Below are positions 1 to 13,400 of a DNA stretch of 64,000 bases, piece after piece (positions within the stretch are counted from its first letter, which is position 1; every line of letters begins with the position of its first letter). The notes beneath the pieces were generated by a model. The model made no database searches, was not told the DNA's origin, and saw only the letters and a list, made by a program, of their open reading frames with translations. Source of the DNA: Saccostrea cucullata (lineage: Eukaryota); assembly GCF_032062105.1 (NCBI RefSeq), contig NW_026920697.1, positions 62,001 through 126,000 on the forward strand. The letters are read 5' to 3'. The position numbers were made by a program, and so were the translations under genes.

Positions 1-1146
1 TGAATTTGTTAAAAATTAATGGCATTTTTAAAAAACTTCTTCTCCAGAACCGCTGGGCCAGGAAAGATGAAACTCATGTGGAAGCATCCTTGTGTTCAAG
101 TTTGTGTTGACCCCCAGGGCAAGGGTGGGGTAATTCTATAATTTTTACATAGGAATATATATGAAAAATCTTTAAAAATCTTCTTCTCAAGAACCACTGG
201 GCCAGGAAAGATGAAATTCATGTGGAATCATCCTCAGGTAGTGTAGATTCAAGTTTGTTCAAATCATGACCCCCGGGGCAAGGGTGGGGCCAAAATGGCC
301 AACCCAAGTTTTACATAGGAATATATGGGAAAAATCTTTAAAAATCCTCTTCTCCAGAACCACTGGGCCAGGAAAGATGAAATTCTTGTGGAATCATCCT
401 CAGGTAGTGTAGATTCAAGTTTGTTCAAATCATGACCCCCGGGGCAAGGGTGGGGCCAAAATGGCCGACCCAAGTTTTACATAGGAATATATAGGAAAAA
501 TCTTTAAACATCTTCTTCTCCAGAACCACTGGGCCAGGAAAGATGAAACTTATGTGGAGTCATCCTCAGGTAGTGTAGATTCAAGTTTTTTCAAATCATG
601 ACCCCCGGGGCAAGGGTTAGTGTGTTTTACATTCAATATATAAGAAAAATCTTTAAAAATCTTCTTCTCAAGAACCAATAGGACAGAAAAGATGAAACTC
701 ATGTGGATTCATCCTCAGGTAGTGTAGATTCAAGTTTGTTCAAATCATGACCCCCGGGGCAAGGGTGGGGCCAAAATGGCCGACCCAAGTTTTACATAGG
801 AATATATAGGAAAAATCTTTAAAAATCTTCTCCAGAACCACTGGGCCAGGAAAGATGAAACTCATGTGGAATCATCCTCAGGTATTGTTGATTCAAGTTT
901 TTCAAATCATGACCCCCGGCCCTGGGGATACGGTGGGGCCAAAATGGCCGACCCAAGTTTTACATAGGGATATATAGGGAAACCTTTTAAAATCTTCTTT
1001 TCAAGTACTTTATGATAGTGATACCCGGGGTATTTTGAATCATCCTCAGGTAGTGTAGATTCTAGTTAGTTCAAATGATGAACGCCTGTGTTTTGTTTCA
1101 AGCCCGATGTGCTCAGGTGAGCGCTGTGGCCCCTGGGCCTCTTGTT
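1..1146 (+). mobile_element. Non-autonomous Helentron/HINE-like element (3' part) carrying a ~166-bp tandem satellite (about 6 monomers, some deleted)
   Basis: CCAGAACCACTGGGCCAGGAAAGATGAAA recurs at ~145-166 bp spacing; the array ends in CTCAGGTGAGCGCTGTGGCCCCTGGGCCTCTTGTT (subterminal repeat plus short hairpin), typical of oyster HINE 3' ends; resembles the oyster Cg170-type satellite. Confidence 0.8.
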
Positions 1147-1168
1147 ATAGCTGTTGTTTTGTTTACAG

Positions 1169-1394
1169 AAAGAGAAGAAGGGAAACATTAAGAATAGGAA
1201 GAGGAAGCTATGTCGATTGTTTTGAGTTCTGTGATTTCAACCTTCCATTTCTTTGTCTGCAGTTTGTGATGCAATATACAGCTCACTCCAAAATCACTTC
1301 CAGCACTGGTCAGGAAAATTCACTTCCATTGTCAGCTTGTAGAAAATCAAACAAAATCACCCCAATCCTCTACATTTATTGGTACAAGCTGTAA
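1169..1394 (+). CDS. Possible terminal coding exon of an upstream gene (product unidentified)
   Basis: Acceptor-like TTTTGTTTACAG, then an open frame KRRRETLRIGRGSYVDCFEFCDFNLPFLCLQFVMQY...YIYWYKL*, followed by ~2 kb of AT-rich UTR-like sequence; no family recognised. Confidence 0.4.
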
Positions 1395-3969
1395 CAAACT
1401 TAAAATTTTATAAACAGCATATTGATTTGATAATAAATTATATGTGGACAGTTAATTTTATTTTACCTATAAGGCTATTTTTTGTGATACTTGCATTTCA
1501 CAGTGTATTTCCTGTTTTTTTAAAGACTGATTAGTGTATTTGTAGTTAACTTCATTTGTAGTGGCATTGGTTTTTAGGAATTTACATATGCCTCATTAAT
1601 GCCAAGCAAATGTTATTTTGTTAATTTATAAAACTGCTTCTATACATAGCTCTGATATGAATGTGATTGGATTTATAAGCAGTGGCTATGTTTTATTCTC
1701 ATTTTATTATTTGGGTGTTTTTTCTTGACTTATACATGTAACTGCATTTAAAAGTCATGTAAAACAATTTATTTATCATTGTATTGGAACATTATAGCAA
1801 TTTTTATGTTCATGACTGTGGTCTGATTTTTTCTTGATAAATAGTGTACTCACTATAAAAAAATTCAATGAAAAGGTTATTTAAACTGTAATAATTTCAT
1901 TTAATGTTGGTAACCGCATATGTATTAAATATAAGTATAAATTGTGAAGATTCAATGTTTGAATAAACATGTTATCTAAATCTGTGTAATAGAGAATCCA
2001 AAGAAAGAAAGAATTATGTGATAGTTAATTTGGATTAGGGAATGAATCCTGTGATTATTTACATAATTAGACCATATTTGTAAGATTTGTGACTGTTTCT
2101 CCTAATTGTTAACATGAATATAAAATGATTTAGATTCAAAATTCCTCCGCTCACTCTTATAAAATTTTGCTTTAAAACTAAAAATTTTTAATAATATATT
2201 TTTTTTAAATGCTTATAATTTCAGCATACCTTATGGCTTTGACAGGCATGGGTAAAAATTCTAAAGCTCTATATAAAGGAATATTAACCATTTATCCCAG
2301 TAAGAGTTATGGCTCTTATTTTAGGGCTAGTGATCCTTAAGACCTGATATACTGACTCTGTGTCAATGAAGTAAATAAAAAATATGAAGTATATAAAATG
2401 CTTATGTAAGTGTAATGCTAATCTGTATGTTAATTATGAATATAAATTTTTAACATTAATATTTTTAGAGGTGGCTGTTTAAGGAACCTAAGCTGTAAAA
2501 TTTATTTTTGTCTGCTATGAAAAAACATTTCCATTTTAAAGTTCAATAAGCAGCTACAAGTTTAACCTGATTTTTTTTTTGGTGTAGAATAAATAACAAA
2601 AACTGCACATGTTTCATTTAAATGAAATAACATTTTTATATAGGTTGTAGTCACAAACTTAAAATGAAGGAAATTCTTTGACCAAAAACTGCACATGTGG
2701 ACAACTTTTTTTTCAAAAAGTTCCACCATTTAAATGAAATAACATTTCCTCAATAGTTCGAGTTGCATGATTGGTCTGTATATGACTTCCAGTGATGAAC
2801 AATGCTTAGCTTATAAGACATTACCTAATGAGTAAGTGGAGAATGTACCGCATGGTTCTCTACATTTAGCTAGTGCATGGGTCATGTCACAGAACAGTAG
2901 CCAAGCTTCTGCTATAGTAGATGTGCTGCTATTTATGATCAATGGAGGTAAATAGAAAGTGAAGTATTAAATTTAATTCACTGTTTTCTAAGGGAGTTAG
3001 TTTACAATAGATGTGGACAGTTGTGTTGTTATTTATTGAGCTTGAGCTCAGTTAATGAGGAGGCTTGATGCACTGACGGTAGCTTAAGAAAACTTGCAAT
3101 TAAGTTTCTATTTTTCTTTACATTTAGTTAAATTAATTGGTACTTAATGAACACAAGAAAAAGATAGGCTCCATATTGATGAGTGTGACAATAACTTGTA
3201 TGTTTTGTTAATGTAAAAATAATCTTTGCTTGGGACTGGAAAAATAAATCAGGTAACAGCAAAGTGTATTAAAGTTGTGGTTGACTTTTTGTATGGTTAA
3301 TGTTAAAACAGGACTGCAGCAGGGTTACCCTGTATAACGGTTATTATCTATAATGATTTAATCTTATTAAAAATTGTATAAGTGTCATTGTTTCTACTTT
3401 ATTAAAATGTAGTAAAAGATTTGTATTGTTTATGAATTATGCACTTTGAGTTTCGTTTTCGTATTACGCAGCTTGAATGACTGCGTCTCAAACTCTGCAA
3501 TAGTCCGGTAGAAGAGGAGCGTAAAGGAACCTACGTATCTGACAACAAACGCTCACATAGAGGTTCAACTGCACATGGTAGCATAGGCAAAGTTGGCAAA
3601 TATTATGTCAGACACTAAGTCAATGGCTACATTGATAATATGACCCTAAATGCACCACAGGACAGAGACTGTGCAGTTGGTTTTCATCATTGCTTTAATT
3701 ATTGCAATCCCCGTTTTATGCAATGGAAGCGGAGGTATAAAAGAAACAAGGGTTCTTTTGGTAAACAACGCCTCATTTGTTCGAGGAACTGTGAAAGCAC
3801 TTGTAGTCAACATTGTAGTCTGCATTCGATTATCGTATTGCAAAAGTCTATAGGTGAGAGCGTTCTAATTTATGCCTTGGTCACATTTCCCGGCCGGTGG
3901 CCGTAGACCAGTGGTAATCCGTGGTGTGAGCGATGCCCTAACATCGGTCCACAGCGGCCTAGTAGTCCT

Positions 3970-4609
3970 TAAAGTATCGGTCACATTATCCAGCGATGGG
4001 GTATACGATGGACAACCAATGCGTTTTATATAAAATGGCGTGGTTGCCGACCGGACTTACAAAGGTCCAGCGATGCATTGCTAATCATAAAACGATGTTT
4101 ATTACATCGCTCATACATTGGTGAACATCGTTCGTACGTCGGTCGGCTAAGGACCAATGTTTGGTCGAACATCGACCGATAATCGGCCGATGTCTGTTGC
4201 CCACCACTCAACCCAACGATGACCTCAGATTCAACGGTCTCTTGATGGTCGGCCATACATCGGTCAATCCTTGAAAGATGTGTTAATGATGGGTTGCCGA
4301 TGAGGAGCGATGTGGGCCATCGGTGGAGACATCGCTGATTTTTAACTACAACTTATTTTCTACCGATGACCCCACCGATTCGCCAATTGGCCTCAGTCAC
4401 CGTCCGATTACTATAGGTGTCCGGTCGGCAACCACGCCATTTTTATATATAAAAAAAAAAAACCATCGGTTTCTCATCGTATTGTCCTTTCTGACATAAT
4501 TTATTTTATCAAATAAACTCTGCAATATATTGCAGAGTTTATTTGATAAAATAAATTATGTCAAAAAGGACAATATACCCCATCGCTGGATAATGTGACT
4601 GATACTTTA
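3970..4609. mobile_element. MITE / non-autonomous DNA transposon with long terminal inverted repeats
   Basis: TAAAGTATCGGTCACATTATCCAGCGATGGGGTAT (3970-4004) is the reverse complement of 4575-4609 with 1 mismatch; inner pair 4030-4056 / 4419-4445; flanks TTAA/TTAG (Kolobok-like, tentative). Confidence 0.8.
4482..4573. mobile_element. 92-bp near-perfect palindromic insertion with TA duplication, nested in the MITE's right inverted repeat
   Basis: TTGTCCTTTCTGACATAA...GCAATA|TATTGC...TTATGTCAAAAAGGACAA flanked by TA on both sides; comparison with the left repeat (GGGGTATACGATG) gives the pre-insertion state. Confidence 0.8.
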
Positions 4610-7413
4610 GTAGACATCCGCGTACTCTGCCTTCCTCTCATAAAAAGGACCTCTTTACGCATATGACACTACCAATGAGAGATTTTCTATAAAATTTAGT
4701 TGGAATCAAATGTAATCCACGACCAAAAAAAAAAAAAAACTGGTCGTTTTGTTTGGTCGTAACTAGTCTTTTCGTTCTCAAAATTATCCCCCCTCCACAT
4801 ATGAAATTTTGGATCCACCCTGATATAATCTTAACTACTTGCATACCTGTTTATCTATTATTTAGTGTAATATATTGATAAAGAAAGATTTATTATCAGA
4901 GGTATATGTGTACTGTTACAATTATCTTTATCAAATACAAATATTTCAAAGAATAAACATCATAAACCTAATTACCATTATAGCTGTACCTTCCATCTGA
5001 TTTTCATAAACCCTATCACACAGATCTTGTATATAGCTTAGAAGGTTTATATAAAATGAGTTTCTCTTTATAGACAAATATGAGAAGTATAAGTTAAAGA
5101 TGCTTTTATTTATATTTATTTATATACAGTTAAAAGTAATGAAGATGGGAAGTTAATTCAAGTTGATGTTTTATTACTACTTTAAGGAGTATAAACTGGG
5201 AAATTAACGTGACACATTTAAGTTAAGACATCCCTTGTTTAATAAATGATCTTTGTTATTATAATTAATATTTAAAGATTTTTTTTTTCATGTTATGAAA
5301 GCTTAGGAATGTAGGTAACGAAAAAAATGTTCCGTTAAGTTGACGTTATTTTCGTGCTGTACTATACATAAGAAAATGGTTAATAATTTATTGTTGTCAT
5401 GATACTTTGTATTAGATAAATCAAAGCTAAATTTATTACGCAAAATACTGTGCCAAACTGGCACAAGAATAAAACCCTTACCAAAATACTCACCTTCTAG
5501 CAACACTTTCTTGCATTATTGCAGCAATATTGCAGCAACATTCTAGCAATACATTGCAGCAATAGCAATATCGTTATTCATGCTAGGTCGGGACATTTAA
5601 AATCAATAATAGGATATAAAAATAGTTGCAGGTTCCTTGAAAATAAACCGAAAGAAGAAACAAAATACACTTAATTATGTTTTGATATGGCGGCGTACAG
5701 GTAGCATAAATTTACCTTCTGTAATTAAAAAAATCTATTCTTTTTTTTTTAGTAATTTCAAAGTAGTGCTTTTAAAGAGGTAATCAAATACTGTTTCGTA
5801 CACAGAAATTCTACTGCTGTATTTTCTAAGACTCTTTCAGTAGCTCCTCAATCGATTAATTTTTATTGGCCCAGTTCATACAATTTCATGATACACTGTA
5901 TTAGATAAATCAAAGCTAACTTTATTACGAAAATACTGTGCCAAACTGGCACATTTTCTTGGAGAATAAAACCTTCAAACGTTTAATAATCAATTTGAAA
6001 TCGATTTTTGAAACTCTTAGTATACATGCATCACAAGCACTAGTTGAAATACATATAATTTTTCTTATTTTATCTCCATAGAATCATTTATTTAAAAAAG
6101 AATATGGATTTGACTTACCAAGTTTGATATATATACCATGAAAACAGAGTTAGACATTCCTATAATTCTTTCAAAAGGCCATGCCACTGGAAACTGCTAA
6201 ATTTCTGGCTATTCCACGTTATTCAGTCTTACTAGTCATCATGTCTAATCCTACTGTATTGTTTGCTTCACTCTGTCTTAATTTATCTTTTCTCTTAATT
6301 AATATATATTTTGAAAAATTCTATTTCAAACAATGCCAAAGAACTAGCAATTATTCACTTCAATTCATGTAAAAAAAAAAACAACAACAAAAAACCCCTA
6401 TTATATACACTTATTTCAATAACAGCGCTTCGTAGATCGCCCGGAAGATTTTCTGAAAACATTTATACACTGTCACTGACTGAGTTTTTAAGAAGGATGG
6501 GTTCAAGTAGCAGTAAGTAATACTTTCTCTCTCTCTCTTTCTTTCTCTCTCGATTCTTAATTTTCAAACGGATTCTAGTATAAATTAAAACGAAGCCTTC
6601 AAAATAGAGGAAAGCAAAACAGAAAAACCTAATATTAAACAGTTCAATGTATTTCTTGTCAAATATATTTTGAAAAAATTCTATGCCAAAGAACTAGCAA
6701 TTATTTCAAACAACAAAAAACCCCTGTTATATGCCAATAAGAACTAGCAATTATTTACTGTCACTGAAAAAATATACAAAAAACTTTCTCTCTCTCTCTC
6801 TTATATACTTTCTCTCTCGATTCTTAATTTCAATAACTGAATTAAAACGAAGCCTTTGATTGTGTGTATAAAAAATGATATATATATATTTTTTTAACAC
6901 CTTAAATTTTTTTCTAGGCGAAGGCTAAAATCCAAAACAGAAAAGCCGAATATTAAACAGTTCAATGTATTTCTTGTCAAAAGTTTGATAAAATCCACAG
7001 GCCTTTGGATCGCCTAAAATAAACGGTACGGGTTGGGAATTTCATATTTTTACAATTTTTTATTTTGGATAATTTGAAACTCGAAATTTATTTCTTAATT
7101 TTGGCTAAAAGTATTTCTAAAAATATACAGAAATTTTTCCAAAAAAGAAAAAAAGAATACAGATTTGATCCGAAGGGGGGTCATGTCTACAGCACTCACC
7201 AAGAAAGAAACGTGCCTCTGAAAGAAAAAAAAAACCCTGAAAAACTAGCTGTTATATAAGGATAGAATAAGTTTTAGACCTAAGATCTAAACCTTCCACA
7301 GTGTTCAAACAACAAACACTTGAGTTTTTGTTAAAACATTCTGGTAATTTAAAGGACATGAAAAAAGTATTTTATGTGTGACTAAGATCAATACGATATG
7401 CATCTTTCAGAAA

Positions 7414-10400
7414 ATGGATGACTCTGTGAGGGGATTCAGGGGGAGGGGAAGAGGAGGACGAAGGCCGAGAAGAAATAGATCCCACACTCCACACAGAACC
7501 ACAGAAAACACTTTATCATCAAATCTAGTCCATGTCTACGACGATGACAACGATGGGGAAGAGGAAGAGGAGCGGATGCACACCTTGCCAATCTATGACT
7601 CGTCAGAATTCGACGACAACCAAGGAGGATCACAGCGAAGAAGAGGTGGAAGAGGGAGACCGAACTTTAGATGGAGGGGAAGAGGCGGTGATTCATATCA
7701 GGGTAGAGGATCAGCTTCTGATTCTAGTCGAGGAAGAGGCAGTGGACGTGGTAACCCCAGAGGTCAACGATCAAACTATGGTCACGGTGGTGGTGGTCAA
7801 TCCAGAACAAGAACGATGGGATACAAAAGACTGGAAGAACTCGATCTCGAAGACGATCCCGATGATGTCCTCCTTCAGTTAGTTACAACCAGAAATGGAT
7901 TTGAGGATTTACTCGAAAGAAAGTTACAAAAGGATTGGATGGTTCTACTTGTTTCAATCTTGGTAAAAGCATATAAATCAAACAAAGAACAAAGTTGCAT
8001 GGAGCTCACAAAGATTTTAAGTGCAAAAAATCTTATAGCAAACCACGTAATACCTTTTGTATGTAATGTCGAAGTTGGTGTGATTGAATTTGCAGATGAC
8101 ATCATGGTGAAGATTCTGTGGGACATGACCCAGTTGACTTTCATTTTGTTGCACCGTATGCAGAGCAGTGTGTTTTTGCTTAACACAGTCTTGGATACAC
8201 TAGAAAGACTGATATCCAGTAAATACAAAAACATCTGCGCCTTATCATGTCCAGACATATTTAAGCAGCTTGATGAACTGAGGGAGGCAAAAGAAGCCAT
8301 ACAAAGAGAGTACATTAAACGTCAAGAAGAAGAAGTGAAGCCAAAAAGACGTCCTCAGCCTTTAGAGCAAGAGCCACCAGATGATTTCCGAGAATTATCT
8401 GTTCTTCCAACTCTTCAAGACCTACAGTTTGACAGAAAACCCTTTTTACGATGTAACAAAACTAAAGGTGGCTATGCTAATCTGCAACAGTATCTAGACA
8501 TACAATTTCGCCTATTAAGAGAGGATTACTTGCATCCTTTGAGAGAGGGAATTCTTGATTACCGCAGAGATTTTGAGAGGTTCAAGAACGTGAAAGGTAA
8601 ACGACAGACAGACATCAGAATGTACGAGAATGTGGAGGTTCTTCGTCCGCTGTGTTCTAAACACGGAGTCAGGCACGTCATTAAATTTGATAACAGTAAA
8701 CTGACTCACGTACGCTGGGAATCATCGAGAAGATTGCTATATGGGTCATTACTTTGTCTGTCATCGGATGCATTCCAGACAATGCTATTTGCCACAGTGA
8801 CTGAAAGGAAGATCACAGATTTACAAAATGGAATTGTGGAAGTTCAATTCACAGAGGAGACAGAAGCAAGTGCCCTCTCCTCTACACAGACATATGTCAT
8901 GGCGGAAACAACAGCCTATTTCGAAGCTTATAAATATATACTTCAAGGATTACAAGAAGTTGGAGATGAAATGCCACTACAGTCCTGTATTGTTCATTGC
9001 AAGCCAAATGCAAAACCCCCAAAGTATTTGATAAAAGGTGGAACTGTACTACCATATGATTTCAGTCCACTGCTAAAGACCCAAAGGAGACCCAAAGTGT
9101 ACAACTGTCCTGTACTTAGCACCAATAGATGGCCTTCAGCTAGAGATATTGGAATGGACGATTCACAACACAAGGCCTTACAAATGGCCATCACAAGGGA
9201 AATTGCAATCATTCAAGGACCTCCAGGTACAGGCAAGACATACGTTGGCCTAAAAATCGTTCATCTTTTACTGCATAATAAAGAAATGTGGACTGAAAAC
9301 GTAAAAATGGATCCCATTTTAGTGGTATGTTATACCAATCATGCCTTAGATCAGTTTCTTGTTGGGATCTCCAAGCACTCGGATAAATTAGTGCGAATTG
9401 GTGGACGATGCAAAACGCAAGATTTAGAAGAATTTACTCTTCAAAGCTACCGGAAAAAAGCTCGTGAAGACAAGTCGATTTCGAGAACGATCCACGAAAA
9501 AAAGTCCGATTGTCTGAAAAACATGTGGAATTGCAGAGACCAAATAGAACGTGTCAGTCAGAAATTGAAATGTGCAAAGCAAGGTATTCTACATCTTAAT
9601 GAATTAAGCCGTTTTATGGACGATGATCATGTGCAATGTTTCCAAAATAATGCATTTGAAAATGAAATGTTTATGACCTCAATTCCAAGTAATCGATTGG
9701 ACGAATGGCTTGGTTTTAATGCCGACATTACATTTGATCCAGATGACATTGAAAATCAGCGTAAAAATATGTTGATGACAGAATGGGAGGAGGAACTAAC
9801 GAATGGATCTAAAATAGAGAGATTTACAAAAGACGAGGCAAGACAAGTAAAGCAACCGTGGCAACTACCTTTACAGGAAAGAGGATCTTTATATAAGTAT
9901 CTTTTGGTGGAATTCCAGGATTTTTTAAGTAATGAGATTATGGTTCTTGAAAACCAAACAGGAAAAACAAAAGTTTCAAAAAAGCAACAAAAGCTACCCA
10001 CAAATAAGCAAATAGAGGAACTTACGAAACTTCGAACAAAAAGTGAAAAGGTTGTCTTACAAATCGATACCTTGGTTGACCATATTCCCAAATATCTGAG
10101 GAGAATACCAAAGATGATTCAAGATCAGGGTGACATTTTGGACTGGTTGTGTCTTGATGGCTCACCAGAAAGCTGCAGCCGAATTGCAGAAGTTCTTAAG
10201 GAAGAGTGTGTAAATGCTAAAGAGGAGGCAGAGTTCGAAGATGAAGAAAGAAGATTGGAGGACGAAGAGGATGAAAACGACGATGAACTTCGATTCTTTT
10301 CTGGATATAGCAGTGAAACTGAAGCAAACCCCTCACAGAATTTAAGTCAAACATCCATTGAAATTCTTTACAAAAGAAACGAACGATCGTCAAATACCGA

Positions 10401-13400
10401 AGGCTGGGTTTATCAAATCAATCGCAATAAATTGCGTCGAAATCTTAAAAAGATTATTGACAGCAGCGACATTATGAGTGAAAGAGAAGTTCAGCAGGTG
10501 GGAAATGTATGGAAACTTGATTCTGCTAAACGAGAGAAGCTTTATCGTTATTGGTTGAAGTGCTATACCACCCATATGAAAGAATCCATAAAAGAAGCAG
10601 AAAAACAGTATGATGATCTATGCAAAGGTTATAGAGAAGTTTTAGATGCTGAGGATGTAGATATAATGAGAGGAGCTGACGTCATAGGAATGACTACCAC
10701 AGGTGCAGCAAAATACAGGAATATTCTTCAATCTATCAAACCAAAAATAATTATTGTTGAGGAAGCTGCCGAAGTGTTGGAGTCACACATCGTCACTACA
10801 ATTAATTCAAACTGTCAACACCTCATTCTGATTGGCGATCACAAGCAACTGCGTCCTACCCCTACCGTTTATCACCTTGCAAAGAATTTCAATCTGGATA
10901 TTTCCTTATTTGAAAGAATGGTTAACAATGAATTGAATTATGTGACATTAGGCATACAACACAGAATGAGACCGGAAATATCAATGTTAATGAAATACAA
11001 AGATCTCTATCCAAATCTTGATGACCATGAAGACGTGAAAAAGTACGAACATATCAAGGGTGTAATTTCTGATGTTTATTTCATTAACCACAACGAACCA
11101 GAGTTGGAACAAAGGGAGACGAAAAGCAAATCAAATATCCACGAAGCAAAGTTAGTCAAAAGACTTTGTAGATATTTTATTCAGCAAGAATATGAGCGAA
11201 GCCAAATAACGATTCTTACAGCATACACAGGTCAAATTCTTGCATTAAAGAAAGAAATGCCAAAACATGAATTTGAAGGCATTCGCATCACATCGGTAGA
11301 CAACTTCCAGGGCGAAGAAAATGACATCATCATACTTTCACTTGTGCGTAGCAACAACTTAGGAAGCACGGGATTTCTAAAAATAGACAATAGAATTTGT
11401 GTTGCGTTATCAAGAGCTAGAAAAGGGATGTTTGTTATTGGCAATTTTGATCTCTTATGCTCAGAGAGTGAATTTTGGAAGTACATAGTAGAGACGATGG
11501 ACGGAAAGGGGAATTACGGAAGAAGTCTTGTACTACGGTGCGGAAACCATCCTAGAAATAGTGTTCATGTCAGTCGAGATACTGACTTTGATCAGGTACC
11601 AAATGGAGGCTGTTCTCTCCCTTGTAATTTCGACCTGAATTGCTCTCATAAATGTGGCCAAATCTGTCACATTTCTGATCCAAAGCATGAGCATTACAAG
11701 TGCCTTCAACCATGTTTGAAGAAATGCATAAAAGGACACAATTGTCCACGAAAATGTTTTCAAGACTGTGGAGACTGTCCTGTGAAAGTCCCAAAAATAA
11801 TTCCTTCCTGTGGACATACTGAAAACGTCCCATGCTCTGTGGACGAAAATATGTGGAATTGCAAATCTCAGTGTGGACAAATTCTTCCTTGTTTACATAA
11901 ATGTAAAGGAGAATGTGGTAATTGTAGATTAAAAAATGCGCATAAGGAATGTCAAGAACTATGTGAGAAACGCCTCCCTTGTGGTCACTTTATTATTACA
12001 AAGTGCTGTGAAGATGTAGAAACCGTTATTTGCGAAAGAGAGTGCGTCATTGAGCTTGAGTGTGGTCATATTTGCAGCGGAACTTGTGGTTACTGTCAAC
12101 AAAGTCGATTACACATTCCATGTCAATTAAAATGTGGACGTAAACTTGTATGTGGACACACATGTGCAAGACTTTGTGTTGAAGGCTGTCCACCTTGCAA
12201 CCAAAAATGTCGAACCATGTGCACCCATAGACAATGTAAGGCAAAATGTGTAGACCCCTGTCACGAGTGCGACAAGCCTTGTACGCGATCCTGTGAACAT
12301 CAGGAATGTCTAAATAGGTGTGATGAAAAGTGCAGTTCACTACCGTGTTCGAAAAACTGCTCGAAGAAGCTTCGATGTGAACACGAATGCTTAGGGGTTT
12401 GTGGTGGAAAATGTCCACCAGTGTGCCAAACATGCCATCGTATAACATTCGAAGGTTCCATAGACACTATAGACAACGACATACGCTTCGTATCACTGAA
12501 TTGTAATCACACATTCAGTCTTAATTCTATGGACTCGTACATGTTTAACCCTGGAAGGATTCAGAGTTCATCAGTGCCTGTAGGTATTAGGCAGTGTCCT
12601 GCATGTCCACGGCAAATAACAAAAAGTGTGAGATACAAGTCAGTAGTCGAAGAAATCAGAAAAGATATAGAAGTTATTAAGAAGAAAATAACAACTGACG
12701 ATATGTCATCTCTTAAAAGGGGAGTAGACTATATCAAAGAAAAATCAGTCTTTTTGCGAAAAAAAGATTCAGAGGCCGTTGATCGAATCATCAAGCAACT
12801 TGAAGAGAAAGATATGCTGCCAATTGAAAAAGTAACTTTAGCTCACTTACAGACAGTTATCCTAGAAATAATTTATCACATTTTTCAAACAATTCTTCAA
12901 TCTGACATTGAAGAAACTAGAGAGGAAAAAATAATCGGATCACAGTTAACGAGGATTCGTCAATGGTTGTTTGAAAATATCTACATTGTTACAGAAAATA
13001 AGAAAAAGATACAAAAGGCAAGAAAACGAACATGTTTTTCAAAACAGGAACTTCTCGATGTTCGTATGGAATTGCTACGACTTGCATACCAGGTCCAGTT
13101 CCTGAAATTAACGAACAGGTCAAGTACGGACAGAGATGATATCAGAAGCAAATATGGTCCTATTGTTGATTTACTATTAACGGAAAAATTGCCACTTTTG
13201 GATAAAAAGTATCAGAGAGTCCGTTTATTGGCGAGGGCATACGGTGTAGGACTGGACGACAAAATATTTGATGAGTTGCTGAATCTTGCAGATTTGGGAA
13301 GTCGTAGAATATGGCAATATGGAACCTGGTACAAATGTAAAAATGGTAAGATTATATCTTTTGACAGAAGAATTCGATTTATATTTTTCTTAATAAAATC

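Noticed and set aside
264-473. 69-aa ORF
   Set aside because: Lies within the satellite array
3640-3906. Short ORFs, one with a signal-peptide-like stretch (LVFIIALIIAIPVLCNG)
   Set aside because: Short, overlapping in several frames, no recognisable domain or splice support
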